NCBI GenBank assembly: GCA_964036045.1
Contig: OZ038378.1
Span: forward strand, 146,878,001-146,942,000
Direction of reading: 5' to 3'
Source of the DNA: Eutreptiella sp. 'Long Island Sound 2002'
Taxonomy: Eukaryota > Protista > Euglenida
Length of the DNA stretch: 64,000 nt
The notes under the pieces were generated by a model that had not been told where the DNA came from, did no database searches, and saw nothing but the letters and a program-made list of their open reading frames with translations. This document shows, one piece after another, positions 43,489-54,739 of the stretch; the first letter of the stretch is position 1; each line of letters begins with the position of its first letter. The position numbers and the translations under genes were made by a program.

Positions 43489-45329
43489 AGCGGCGCGGCA
43501 CTGGTGGGGTCCGCGTAACAGGGCCGGCCTCGGGCGTTGCGCGTGACGCTACACGACTCGAAGGGCCAGCGGGCAGTAGGGGGTTGGCGAGGGGGCAGCA
43601 GGCGCTGCAAGGGTTGCCGGGAAGTGGAGGTGATGGAGCGCCGTGGGGATTGCCCTTGCAACGTTAGGGGTCCCCCACTACGCGGTGCTGAGGCATTGGC
43701 TTGCTTTGGGGTCACCGACTAGGCACACCAGCAGTGAACGGGAACAAGCGGCGAATGAAGGCCTACCGATCCGGGCCCCCCACCACAACATGTGCACTTT
43801 CGCTCTTCACAAGGCCCTATTGATGGCTCTCTTGCCCCAAAACACCACCAGATGCCCTGTCCCCATTGCCTCCGCTCTACCAATTGTTCTTAATGCAATC
43901 TCTATCCCTCCACCCAGACCCCCACACCTCGATCCAGTCCGGCGGGTGCTCTCCTTCCGATCCCCACCATCCCCTCGCTCCCCGGGGCGGGGGGGGGGGG
44001 CAGGGCACGGGGGGTGCCTACCCGCGAGGCCTGACACCAACCCTCCCCCCCACCCCCACTCCTCTGAACCCCTCAACCCATACTAGTTAGCACCTGGTTA
44101 GAACTGGCAATTTGGGCGCCAACGGCGCCTGGAATTTTTTTTTTGAGCTTGGAAAATTTTGCAACACACTTCATTTCCCCCCACTTGTTTACGTTCAAAA
44201 TGCTAACAATGAGTCTGGGAGTGCCGTGCCACGTGTCTTCTTCTGCTGGCCGGGTGCTGATTCACAGGTACATCTGTTGGAATACGGTACTGTTTTTCAT
44301 TTGTTGTGAGTGGTAAAAACCAAATTTCACCCCACTTGTGTATATTCAATTTGTGTATATTCAAAATGCTCAAAGTGAAACGTGGAATTCAAAAATGCCC
44401 CCAAAATGGAGAAAGATTTTCGACCCCCCCCCCCCTCCCCCGGACCCCCCACCCACACCACGGGGGCTGGTGTCTAGAACTGAACTGCAGACCCCCCTGT
44501 GGGGCAGGGCCTTGCTTTGATTTTCATTCCGGGAGTGGGGGGCACCCCCTTGGACCCCCCCAACACAAGGATAGCCCAACCCATGTAACTGGACTAGCTG
44601 CAGCCGTCTTATTCATATGCTCCTCTCTGTTCCTGTCTTAAATGTGCTTCATACTCCTGACTCATAAGTAGATTAACCCAGCGCGACCATGTGTTTGCTT
44701 GACGGGGCAATTTTGGGGGGGGGTGTCGCACATGCCCCCAAGGCTAAGCGTTGATTCATCACAGGCCTCCCCTTACCTCCCCTTGCCCTCCCTCTAACCT
44801 TACCATCACCATAAACCTAATCCTAACCTTTGCAGCCAGTTGGTTTGGCCATGCCAGCCATGTTGATTAGGCTGAACAAGATCCCTCAAACTTTGTTCAT
44901 GGCTGCTTTTGCCACATCATTGCTATCCATTTTGGACCCCAACAGTACCTCTGACCCTAGCCTAGGGTTAGAGCTCGGGTTAGGGTCACCGAGCTGGTGG
45001 AACCAGTCTTGGTTTTATAACCCTCTTTAGTGTCTAGGGTGGACCCAACAGGTTTGGCAAGCAAGCAGCAAGCAAGCAAGCAGCAAGCAGCAAGCAGCAA
45101 GCACGCGCGAAATGGGGGAAAAGCACAGCTCCGTCGTGGTGCTTCGGATTTGGCCAAAATTTTGGTGGATGCTACCTATGGGTGTGAGGGACAACCACAC
45201 AAAGTATGAGCCAGAAACTCAATGGTGGCGGCCGGGAACGGGTACCTCCCGGTTTTGGTAGCGTTGGTGCGTATTCTGGGAATGCCGGATAGCTAGTGCA
45301 CACGGGCTACCATCTACTGCATTTCACGT

Positions 45330-47930
45330 GTGTTAGGCACAATCATGGCAACGTTGTCCTCGTACACGAGTAAGGTGCCTGCCCGTGATGTAGTGTGGCC
45401 ACGCCGACTGCGTGCTTGCCCATCGGAACGGGACACATCGATGGGGTCGTGCATGGTGTTGACGACTAATTTGGCTAGGACCGACTACATCCCTTTCGAG
45501 ACGCTGATGGGCCGGTAACTTTTTGCATTGTCAGGCCATCAGGCTTTGTAGATCATAGTGATGCGCACGTTGAGCCAATGCCGTGGTACAGTACCCTGCT
45601 CCCATACGCAGCGAATGGCCGTGTGTAGGTGCCATTGAAGATCACGGGAAAACCATTGGAACAGGTGAGGTGCAATATGGTCAGAGCCGGGAGCCTTGTG
45701 TTTTGCTTGTCTGAGGGCGTGTTGGAATGCAGTCCACGACGGCGGATTCCTGGTTGAAATTGTTCTGTGTTTGGATGGTGAGTGGAGCTGCTTACTTGCC
45801 TCCTCGGGGTCCGGTGTTGGGTCTCCGGCAAAGCACGCCAGATGTTGCCGAACCGACTCAATGTCATGCTGAGGGCTGGTGACTTTGAAGGGGGTCATGA
45901 GCCACACCTTAAATGCACGGAAGCACGTTGATCTGCCGCGTACCGCTGTTGCATGGAATTTTCGCAGATCACGTTACACCTTTTTTATATGCACCTTTGC
46001 CCTGCAATCAGTCCAATTTTGGAGAGCTTGTTTGGACATGGAGTTCTCTGATAGGGTGTGGCGCAGTTGTGCTCCATGATGGGGTTCGGATGCGCGTGGA
46101 CAAAGGCAATTGCTTGCAATATGGCTTTAGCTCGCGGTAGCGCTTGTAGTTGATCTCCACTGGGTACCCAGTGCTCTTTTGATCACTCCGGCATGTGTGG
46201 TTGGAATTTGTGAAAGGGAGATTGGCCGGCGCGAAATGGAGGGAGCGGCATGCACTGTGCGTGCACTGTGCACGTTTTTAATCCAGTAATTTACTTGACA
46301 CCATTGTTCCGCTTTGTTGTTGACCCGTGAGGGGCTAGGTTGCTCAAGTAGTAGCCCATTTCACCCCACATGCCCTGAGGAATGCATTGTGCATGCTCCT
46401 GTGACCTGACATTCTGTCGAACGTGCCATGAGGGTCATCCTAACTCAATTCAGACTACGAGAGACTGATGAGATACCCATTTCCCGGCTGTTTTCCTCGT
46501 GCCAATGTTGCTGTCCAGTGCCTTTTTGTGAGTGTCCGTTTGGGGGGTGTAATTGCCCCAAAGGCTGCGCGCGCGGTGCACCGTGCACCCGTGCTCACTA
46601 ATGACGGCACCCAAAGGGTTGGGCATGGTGACAGCTACGCCAAGGTGGTCTGCTGCATGCGGCTAGGTGATGGTGTTTGTGGCCATTCATGGGTTGACCT
46701 CCCAAAACGCTGGTGTGACGAGGTTAGTATCAAGGCGTCGTCCTTTGTTGTGTGTGAAGAGGGTATTGGGGTCTGAGCTGGGTGCATAGGCCAACACTGG
46801 ATCCTGCAACCCCACATTCTCAAGGCGGTGGTGCCATAAGTGTGTGGGTTCAGGCTTCCCCCAGATGGAGTCGTTGAAGTCTCCCAAAATTAAGCCTAGG
46901 ATAGGCACACTTTGCAGCCACATATCCAAAGCCTCACATTGGGGTTTGGAGAAGGCTCCGTGTATATTCACCACAGAAAAGGGTGGTTGGGCAGAGAGAC
47001 TTTGATTATGCGGGCCATGTCTCGCATAGGAGGGAGTTTGACCGGGTTTTTGCGCGATATCCAATGTATCATATACTTCGGGCGCCCAATTTCCAAGAAC
47101 TATCTTGAGTACTCATGAACATTTCGAATCAACGCCCCCCCCCAAAAAAAATACGGTTTGAACAAGAGTGTTCGTTGCACAATGTGGAGGCATGCGCAAC
47201 TACTGAGTGTCGGGGTTGTTGTCCCCGTAGGAGATGCGGACATGGCGGCCCTCCATTGATGCTATCCATGCTGTGTGGTGTGATCCACGTTGAAAAGGGA
47301 CTCCTGTAAGGCTATGATCGATGGCTTCCATAATTTTGGTGAGCAAGTGACCCCACCGTAGCAGGGACACGAAGATTTCTCCCACATTGAGTGGGAGAGA
47401 GGTCATGTGTGGCACATGTGAGTTGGTGGGCCTGGGTTGGGATGGATATCATTGGCAAGGGTGCATAAGTGTTTAGGGAGGAGTTGAGGTAGGTGTCGAA
47501 ATGCATCGTGAGGCGGCCAATGGTAAGACAAGAGAGGTGCCCAGATTTGTTGTGGGGCAGGACAAGGCTGGGTGGTGGCAGCAACATGGAATACAAGGAG
47601 GATAATAACACAGAGCCGGGACATCAGGGAGTAGTGCTAGGGGTGCGCCGTCGGTGTGGGGGGGTTACCCATGTGGGTCTTGCTCCGATGGTGTGGAAGC
47701 ATATGGACCCAATGGGGCAAGTAGACTGTGTAACAGGAGGACGGTGTGGCCACAATGCCCGAGGTCATCGGGATAGGGGCGAAGATCATAATGCAGATCC
47801 AAATTGATGGCTGCCACATTTTGTACCGACCCATAGTACGGGGCATCTCAATGAACAAGTGGAACAGTCCCGGAAGAAGAACACCATAGTTGCACGGAGT
47901 GCGGCACACATCTGGACCCCATCCCCCCAT
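45330..47930 (-). mobile_element. Degenerate APE-type LINE (endonuclease plus RT N-terminus)
   Basis: Minus-strand frames: VVNIHG..ILGDFND..RLD (46687-47064, AP endonuclease); KAPGSDHI..W....I.MIYK (45539-45907); then *WPDNAKSYRPISVS; several stops. Confidence 0.85.
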
Positions 47931-47934
47931 ATTG

Positions 47935-49650
47935 ACTTATGCTGTTGTGTGGCAATTTGGTCCCCCTAACTTATGGTGTTGTGTGGCAACTTGGTCCCCC
48001 TAACTTTTTGTGTTGTGTGGCGACATGGTCCCCCTGACTTGTGGTGTTCTGTGGCAACTTGGTCCCCCTAACTTATGGTGGTGTGTGGCAACGCCCCCCC
48101 CTCATTTATTGTGGTGTGGCAACTTGGTCCACATACCTTATTGTGGTTCGTGGCAATGTAGTGCCCCGAACTTGTGGTGATGGGTAACAACTTGGTCCCC
48201 CTAATTTATGGTGTTGCGTGGCAATTTAGTCCTCCCAGCCATGGTGGTGCATGGCAACTTGGTCCCCCTAAATTCTAGTGATGCGTGGCAACTTGGTCCC
48301 CTTATCTTATGGTTCTGTGGCAACTTGGTCCACCTAACTTGTGGTGTTGTATGGCAACTTGGTCCCCATAACTTATGGCGTTGCTTGGCAACTTGGTTCC
48401 CCTAACTTAGGGTGGTGTGTTGCAATTTGTTGGCATCAACTTATCGTGTTGTGTGGCAACTTGGTCCCCCTAATTCATCGTGTTGTGTGGCAACTTTGAC
48501 CCCCTAACTTGTACTCTCGTGTGGGAACTTGGGGGGCGCCTTAAGCGCAGTGCGCGCGCAGTGCAACTATTTGGGCGCCTGGCTGTACTAGAGACCCATA
48601 CTTTCAGATACTCGGGGCCCCTAGGGGCATCATGGGGCCTCCCCTCTTCAAGCGCAGAGCCTCTTCCTGTACCGTCACAGGGGCGATGGTAGGGGGAACC
48701 ATGGGGCGCCTCTCCACGACCGAGTGCACCTACCTACCTACCTACCTACTTGAGCTGGGGCAGTTTGGGTCACCTAATTCTAAGGGCGTTTCCAAGGGGT
48801 GTGCTTGGGGGCTCTTTGGGGGGAACATAGTCTAAAAGTAGCGCGCAGTGCAAAGATTCCCCCTTGCACCCCCTAACTTATGGTGGCGCATGGCAAATTG
48901 GTCCCCATACCTCTTAATGGTGTGTGACAACCTTGGTTCCCCTAGCTTTTGGGAGCGTGTGGGAACTTCGTTCCCCTAACTTATAATGGTGTGTGACAAC
49001 CTGGTTCCTCTAGCGTATGGTGGTGCGTGGCAATTTGGTTGCCCTAACTTGCGGTGTATTGTGGCACCCTGACCCCCCTCCCTTACGGTGGTGTGTGGCA
49101 ACTTCGTCCCCCTGACTTATGGTGTTGCGTGGCAATTCAGCCCTCCCAAGTTATGGTGGTGCATGGGAACGTAGTCCCCCTAAATTCTGTTGGTGCGTGG
49201 CAACTTGGTCCCCCTATCTTGTGGTGTTGTGTGGCCCCTTGGTGCCCCTCCCTTCTGGTGGTGTTTGGCAATTGGGTACCCCTGGCTTCTGGTGGTGCGT
49301 GGCACCTTGGTCCCCGCAAACGTATGGTGTTGTGTGGCAAGTTTGTCCCCCGAACTTGTGGTGATGTGTGGCAACTTAGTCCCCCGAACTTGTGGTGGTG
49401 TGTGGCAACTTAGTCCCCCGAACTTGTGGTGGTGTGTGGCAACTTAGTCACACCAACTTATCGTGTTGTGTGGCAACTTGGTCCCTGTAACTTATAATGG
49501 AGTGCGACAACTTGGACCCCCTAGCTTCTGGTGGTGTGTGGCAACTTGGTCCCCCTATCTTATGGTGTTGTTTGACAACTTGGTCCACCTAACTTGTGGA
49601 GGTGCGTGGCAACCTCGTCGCCCTTGATCCCACTCACGTACGGTGGTGTG
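47935..49650. repeat. Degenerate ~34-bp minisatellite interrupted by a ~340-bp insertion (48531-48870)
   Basis: Consensus GTGGCAACTTGGTCCCCCTAACTTATGGTGTTGT. Confidence 0.9.
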
Positions 49651-50200
49651 TGGTAATATAATATATGCGGTTTTGCCTACCGCATCAGAGAGCCCTCTGG
49701 TATACGCATGTGAACTCTGGATCTTTGCCATGTGCCCCGCGTTGCGGGGATCCACTGTATCATATGCTGGAGACGCCCACTTTCCCAAGCACGGTCTTGA
49801 GTACTCTTTGAACTTCTGGAGTCAGCCAAAAAAAAAAACTTGGGGCGATTTCAAGCGGGTCCAGGTGTACTCGACGCAAAAGTGGCACAGCAGCGCCAGC
49901 ATCCTCCCCTAACCACTGGACACATGTTTGCATGTCGGCAACCACCAGAACCTTCGTCTAGGCCTTTTGCACATGCTCCGGGGTGTATAGAAAGGTTGTT
50001 GCGGGTTTCAGCGCATGCAGTTGACATGCAGCGCAGGGCCCACAGTGCACACTCTTCATACCATGCCGGACAAGACCCCTTCCCTGTGGTATCAGGGGGG
50101 TGAGTGGCGCAAGTGGGGTATTTTCAAGCGGCAAACGCCTGGAAAGCACAGCTATTGTTGATCGCTGCAGGATGTGATGGATAAACAGAGGTGTTAGGTG

Positions 50201-52780
50201 CAGGGGGGGGGGGGTTCTGAGAAATCCGATAGCGTGGGGGGTTTTGAAAACCCCCCCCTTTTTTACAAATGGTCCGAAGGGGGGTTTTAAGGGTGTTTTT
50301 CGACGCACGCACATCATTTGTGCGATTTTTTTTCCGGTGTTGTTCTTTTAGACTGCACATCCAGAGTTTTGTCCTTGCCCCCAATTCAGCCACTTTTGAT
50401 TTTGTCCCCTTAGCTAGGGACCCCCCACAATGCAAGGGTGACGTTGCATTTCCGCCCTTTTTTTGGACATTTCTGATTTCTGATTGGCTCATCTGTGCAC
50501 AATGTCTTGGAATCTCTTTACCAAGGCGGTGCAACCCTTTTGAAACCATGTGGTGCACCCCTTGTCTTGGACAAAGAAGATAAATTTTTGGGGACCGCCC
50601 CGGACACCAAAGGAATGGAGGATAGCGATCCTACCGATGCTTGTTCCCTGGAATCCTGGCTGCGTTGTCATGGTTCAGACCGAAATCGAGCCTATGTCCC
50701 ATGCGCCAACGGACACACCGTGCATATTACACAACTTGTCAATGAGTATTTCAACGGCAACGTTGAACATGTGTCAACCGATCGGCTACGGCGCACGGCA
50801 CAAACCGCCCGGTTTGGTCAAACCCCCACGAATGTAAACAATGTTGCATTGTCTGACAATTGCAATTTTGATGAGGACGCGGTCACGGTGGGTGCTATCT
50901 TTCTTGCACTTGTGACCTTCATATGGGGCTCGCAACGGACGTGTTCCGTGGGCACATTTAGTTTTTCATGGTGCACCGTTGACGGTGCACGGGTTTATGG
51001 TACCACGAAGGAGGCGCTTGCGACGGGACATGCCATCCCCGTAACGGGTCAATTTTTGCCTTTTGTCGTTATGACCACTGATCCAACCTTGTTGCGGTGG
51101 ACGGGGCGGTTTGGTCCGGAATGTGAGTTTCGGAATGGGCATGTGGTTTTTTTGGATGCCCAAATGGACGCCGATGGTCGTTGGCTGATTCCAGTGGGCA
51201 CCCTGTCTGCCTTTGTGAAAACTGCAAAGGTACCCAATTGTCCTCAGTTGCGTGCAGAGCCATACGCTGGTGTGGCACATAGTAGCGTGCGGCCCGCAGA
51301 AGCAACGGAATTTTGTTTGTTTTGTGGAGTGGCCATTGCTTTGGCAAGGATGCGTCATCATGTGGCAGTGCACTTGCAGAAAGGAGAGGTGGTAACGGAC
51401 CCAAGGATGCATGGTGAGGCCGAACCTTGTGGTTTTTGTGGACGCACAACAGGCACGTGTACCACAAGTATTGTGGGCAAGAAAATCAGTAGCACATGCC
51501 CGTGTGTGGTCCCATTGCAGCTCGCAATGGCCATGCGCAAACAAGAAAACATGCCCCGTGAATGTCCTATTCCCGGGTGCAGTGCCACCCCGTGGGTTTT
51601 GAACATCAAAACTCACTTGGCTCGGTGCCATCCAACCGTGCCACCCAACACCGTTGATTTGACGGAATGGGTTGTAGTCGGGCAGACAAAAAAAGAGAAA
51701 AAAAAGGGGCGAGCCAAAAAAATCCCCATGGTGATGAAGCCCAAGATGACTTTGAAAGTGGCAAAGGCGGTGGACAACGAGAGTGCGTCCTTCTCTGAAG
51801 CCTCTCTTGGACGCTCCGATTGGGACTGGAAACCGGAGGAGGATGCAAGCTCTGTGGAATCTAGGTCTTCCGCAGATAACGATTCGTCTAGCGGTAACGA
51901 GAGTTCCGCAACTTCCGAGGATGGCAATTGGTCCTCTTCTTCCTCATCTTCTTCCTCTTCCACCTCTTCTTCCAGGGTGGAAGTTGTCCCGCAAAAGAAA
52001 GCCGTTCCTGGCAAGGGCACAACGCGGCCCATCACCGCTACCAAGCAAAATGCGAAGAAGCGTTGCACGGTGAAGACGTCAGGGCGGAAGAAGTAGGCGG
52101 AGCTACATGCACACACACACACACACACGTCACAAACGGATACCTCCCCCACCCCCTACACCTCCTCGCTCTCCCTCTCCTTCCCTTGTAGTTGCATGCA
52201 CACTAGGACTGGAAGGCCCACACAATGGCGCGGGGAGGGAGGCCTGGCCAGCCATAGCCTTAAGGGCCTCCCGAGTTGCGTCGGCCGACCAGTATAGTCA
52301 CACACACACACCCCTTCTTTTAGGCCCTCCCCTTGACGCATTTCCCACCCCATGGTGTATTTCTAACCCCATGATGCATTCCGAACCCCATGACGGACCT
52401 TGATGCGGGTCAACCCCCATGCTGCAATTCTAACTCCATGGTGTACTTCGAACCCCATGACCGCCTCGGAGACCCACAGTCCCGAGGTTTCTGGTACCCA
52501 CGGCCGGAAATACCCAAGCCGATGAAGCCCTACCATAGACGTTGGTAGGGGCGGTGCGAATTGTCGGATCACACCTGGGCCGCATACCCAACTTTTCGGA
52601 GGTGCCCGACACTATGTTCTTCATTGGGGGGGGGTTTGGGGGGCTGGGGGGCCGTTTCCGCGGACAATACCCCCGCGCAGCGAAAAACCCCCTTAAACCC
52701 CCCCCCCCAAAACCCCCCCCCTTTTACATTTGGCTCTGGGGGGGGGTTTAAGCATGATATCCGAGAATCCCCCCCCCCTG
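50201..52780 (+). mobile_element. 2,580-bp TIR DNA transposon (hAT/P-like ends), probably non-autonomous
   Basis: Perfect 8-bp TSD GTTAGGTG at 50193-50200 and 52781-52788. Left end CAG11TTCTGAGAAATC written as CA+G12+TTCTG; right end reverse-complement CA+G10+ATTCTCGGATATC. Imperfect inverted subterminal blocks of ~100 bp. Confidence 0.9.
50495..52096 (+). CDS. Transposon-borne ORF (533 aa open frame; first ATG 50615) with several Cys/His clusters, acidic Ser-rich and basic C-terminal tracts
   Basis: Uninterrupted frame inside the TSD-bounded element; motifs CLFC..RHHVAVH, PCGFCG, CPC, CPIPGC..HLARCH; codon usage unlike the GC3-rich host genes. Confidence 0.7.
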   Translation: MHNVLESLYQGGATLLKPCGAPLVLDKEDKFLGTAPDTKGMEDSDPTDACSLESWLRCHGSDRNRAYVPCANGHTVHITQLVNEYFNGNVEHVSTDRLRRTAQTARFGQTPTNVNNVALSDNCNFDEDAVTVGAIFLALVTFIWGSQRTCSVGTFSFSWCTVDGARVYGTTKEALATGHAIPVTGQFLPFVVMTTDPTLLRWTGRFGPECEFRNGHVVFLDAQMDADGRWLIPVGTLSAFVKTAKVPNCPQLRAEPYAGVAHSSVRPAEATEFCLFCGVAIALARMRHHVAVHLQKGEVVTDPRMHGEAEPCGFCGRTTGTCTTSIVGKKISSTCPCVVPLQLAMAMRKQENMPRECPIPGCSATPWVLNIKTHLARCHPTVPPNTVDLTEWVVVGQTKKEKKKGRAKKIPMVMKPKMTLKVAKAVDNESASFSEASLGRSDWDWKPEEDASSVESRSSADNDSSSGNESSATSEDGNWSSSSSSSSSSTSSSRVEVVPQKKAVPGKGTTRPITATKQNAKKRCTVKTSGRKK

Positions 52781-52913
52781 GTTAGGTGTATGGGCCGTGC
52801 ACATAGAAGTTTTGGGTGCCTGGAGGACGTTTGGATATTTCAGGTTTGTGATGGGCCTGATCCCGCGTGTGCATGCCTCCCTTTTGTGAGCGGCCCTTCT
52901 TTTTGGGCTTAGA

Positions 52914-54641
52914 ATGAAGCGACGCTTGTCCGATGAAAATGACCGTAAATCAAGACAAAAGCAGCGGCATTTTGTGGACGTAGACGCCGAGACCCCAATC
53001 GATGCGGATGCGGATGCGGTCGGCGATGAACAAGTTGACGCTGATTCGGATGCCGATCTGCAACGGGCCATTGCCCTGAGCTTGGCGGAGTTCGAGGCAA
53101 ATGCCGGGACCCCGGCCACGGCGGCCAGCCCCAAGGCCTGTGACGTGCAGGGGCCCGACCCGAATGACTGCACACCCTCACTCTCCGCCCCTCCGCAGGC
53201 GGCCACCTCCTCCGCCTCCGCCACACCTCCCGCCCCTCCCCCGCCGCAGCCCACCCCCACCCCCCCTCAGAGCGCGCGCGGCGGCCCCAACTCGTGGCTC
53301 GGGGCGCTGCACGCCGAGCGTCTGGCGCGCAGGGGAGGGGCCCCGGCGCCGGCCCCGCGCGGCGCGTCGCCGCCCCCGAAGGCCGCGCGCACCTTCTCCG
53401 GCGACACGTTCTACCTGAACCGCCTGGCGTGCGCCGGCGCGGCGCGGTGCCCGCACACCGTGACCTTCGAGGAGCTGGTCGACAAGGCCCACCTGCAGTC
53501 CGGCATCTTCACGACCTTCTGCTTCGACCCTGAGTTCCTGCTGCCGCGGGTGCGCCGGGCCACGCCCGTCACCATCGTGAAGCACTGGGCCCCGCCGGAG
53601 GAGAGAGCCGGGCACTTCCTGGTGCGCGAGAACGTGACCTGCCTGCACCCGCGGCTGGACCGCTTCCAGAGCATGCACGCCAAGCTCTACGTCCTGCTGT
53701 TCCCGGCCTTCGTCCGCGTCGTCGTCACCAGCGCCAACCTGACGCAGGGCGACTACGAGGGCGTCCTGCAGAACTTCTGGGCGCAGGACTTCCCTCGCAA
53801 GGCGGCGCGGGCGACCCCCGCGGGGGGGGGCCGCGGCCTCGGCGCCGGCTTCCGGCGGGAGCTGTACGCCTTTTTGGAGCAGCTGCCGCTCAACCCGAAG
53901 TTTCTGGACGCGTACGATCTGGAGGCCGCCCGCGTGGAGCTGGTGGCCTCAGTGCCCGGGAGGTACGCGCGCGACGACCGCGGCCGGTACGGGTGCCTGC
54001 GGATCGCGGGTCTGCTGCGGAAGTACAGCGTGACCGCCGCGCCGGGCGCCGCCAGCGACGGCCTCTGTGCCGGGCTCCGCGCGCAGCCCCTGTGGCACCA
54101 CGTCAGTTCGCTGGGCAGCCTCACCCAAAAGTGGTTGGACTGGTACGCGGCCGCCCTGCGCGACGGCCCCGGCGCCGCGGGCGTCGCGATCGTGTTCCCG
54201 TCGGACGCCACCGCCCGGGCCACCGGCGACGCCCGGAACGGCTGCGGGGTGATCTGCTGCAGCCGCAAGGCCTACGAGGCGGCCGCCTTCCCCCGGGGGG
54301 CGCTGCACCACTTCATCAACGCGGGCCCCGCCGCGCGGACCACGCACCTGTCGCACTGCAAAGTCCTCCTGCAGGCGACCCCCACGCCCGAGGGACCCGG
54401 CAGCCACTTCGGGTGGGCTGTGGTGGGGTCGCACAACCTCTCGGCCGGGGCCCTGGGGCGGCCCGAGAAGGACGGGGCGCAGGTGCACATCGGGAACTGG
54501 GAGCTGAGCGTGTTCTTCCCCCCGGCCGCCCTCACGCTCTGTCAGGACGGGGCGGGCCCCACGGCGATGCCCGTCCCGTTCCGGTGCCCGCCCCCCGCGT
54601 ACCGCGCGGGCGACACGCCTTTCTTGGACTTCGGCAAGTAG
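52914..54641 (+). CDS. TDP1: Tyrosyl-DNA phosphodiesterase 1 (PLD superfamily) with N-terminal ubiquitin-interacting motif, 575 aa, intronless
   Basis: Two HxK...N catalytic motifs: MHAKLYVLL..RVVVTSANL and SHCKVLL..WAVVGSHNLS..ALG; also ELVASVPG, SSLGSL, NWELSV and a terminal P.PF..PP..Y...D.PF; UIM-like DADLQRAIALSLAE. Confidence 0.92.
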   Translation: MKRRLSDENDRKSRQKQRHFVDVDAETPIDADADAVGDEQVDADSDADLQRAIALSLAEFEANAGTPATAASPKACDVQGPDPNDCTPSLSAPPQAATSSASATPPAPPPPQPTPTPPQSARGGPNSWLGALHAERLARRGGAPAPAPRGASPPPKAARTFSGDTFYLNRLACAGAARCPHTVTFEELVDKAHLQSGIFTTFCFDPEFLLPRVRRATPVTIVKHWAPPEERAGHFLVRENVTCLHPRLDRFQSMHAKLYVLLFPAFVRVVVTSANLTQGDYEGVLQNFWAQDFPRKAARATPAGGGRGLGAGFRRELYAFLEQLPLNPKFLDAYDLEAARVELVASVPGRYARDDRGRYGCLRIAGLLRKYSVTAAPGAASDGLCAGLRAQPLWHHVSSLGSLTQKWLDWYAAALRDGPGAAGVAIVFPSDATARATGDARNGCGVICCSRKAYEAAAFPRGALHHFINAGPAARTTHLSHCKVLLQATPTPEGPGSHFGWAVVGSHNLSAGALGRPEKDGAQVHIGNWELSVFFPPAALTLCQDGAGPTAMPVPFRCPPPAYRAGDTPFLDFGK

Positions 54642-54739
54642 CACCGTGGCCCAGGCGTGTGGCGGAGGCGGGGGGGGCGGGGGCTGCCGCGAGGCTGGGC
54701 AGCACAACCACAAATGGACACTCGATGAACCGCGAGCGA

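Noticed and set aside
44790-45000. Telomere-like CCTAA/TTAGGG fragments
   Set aside because: Only scattered, degenerate units; not a telomeric array.
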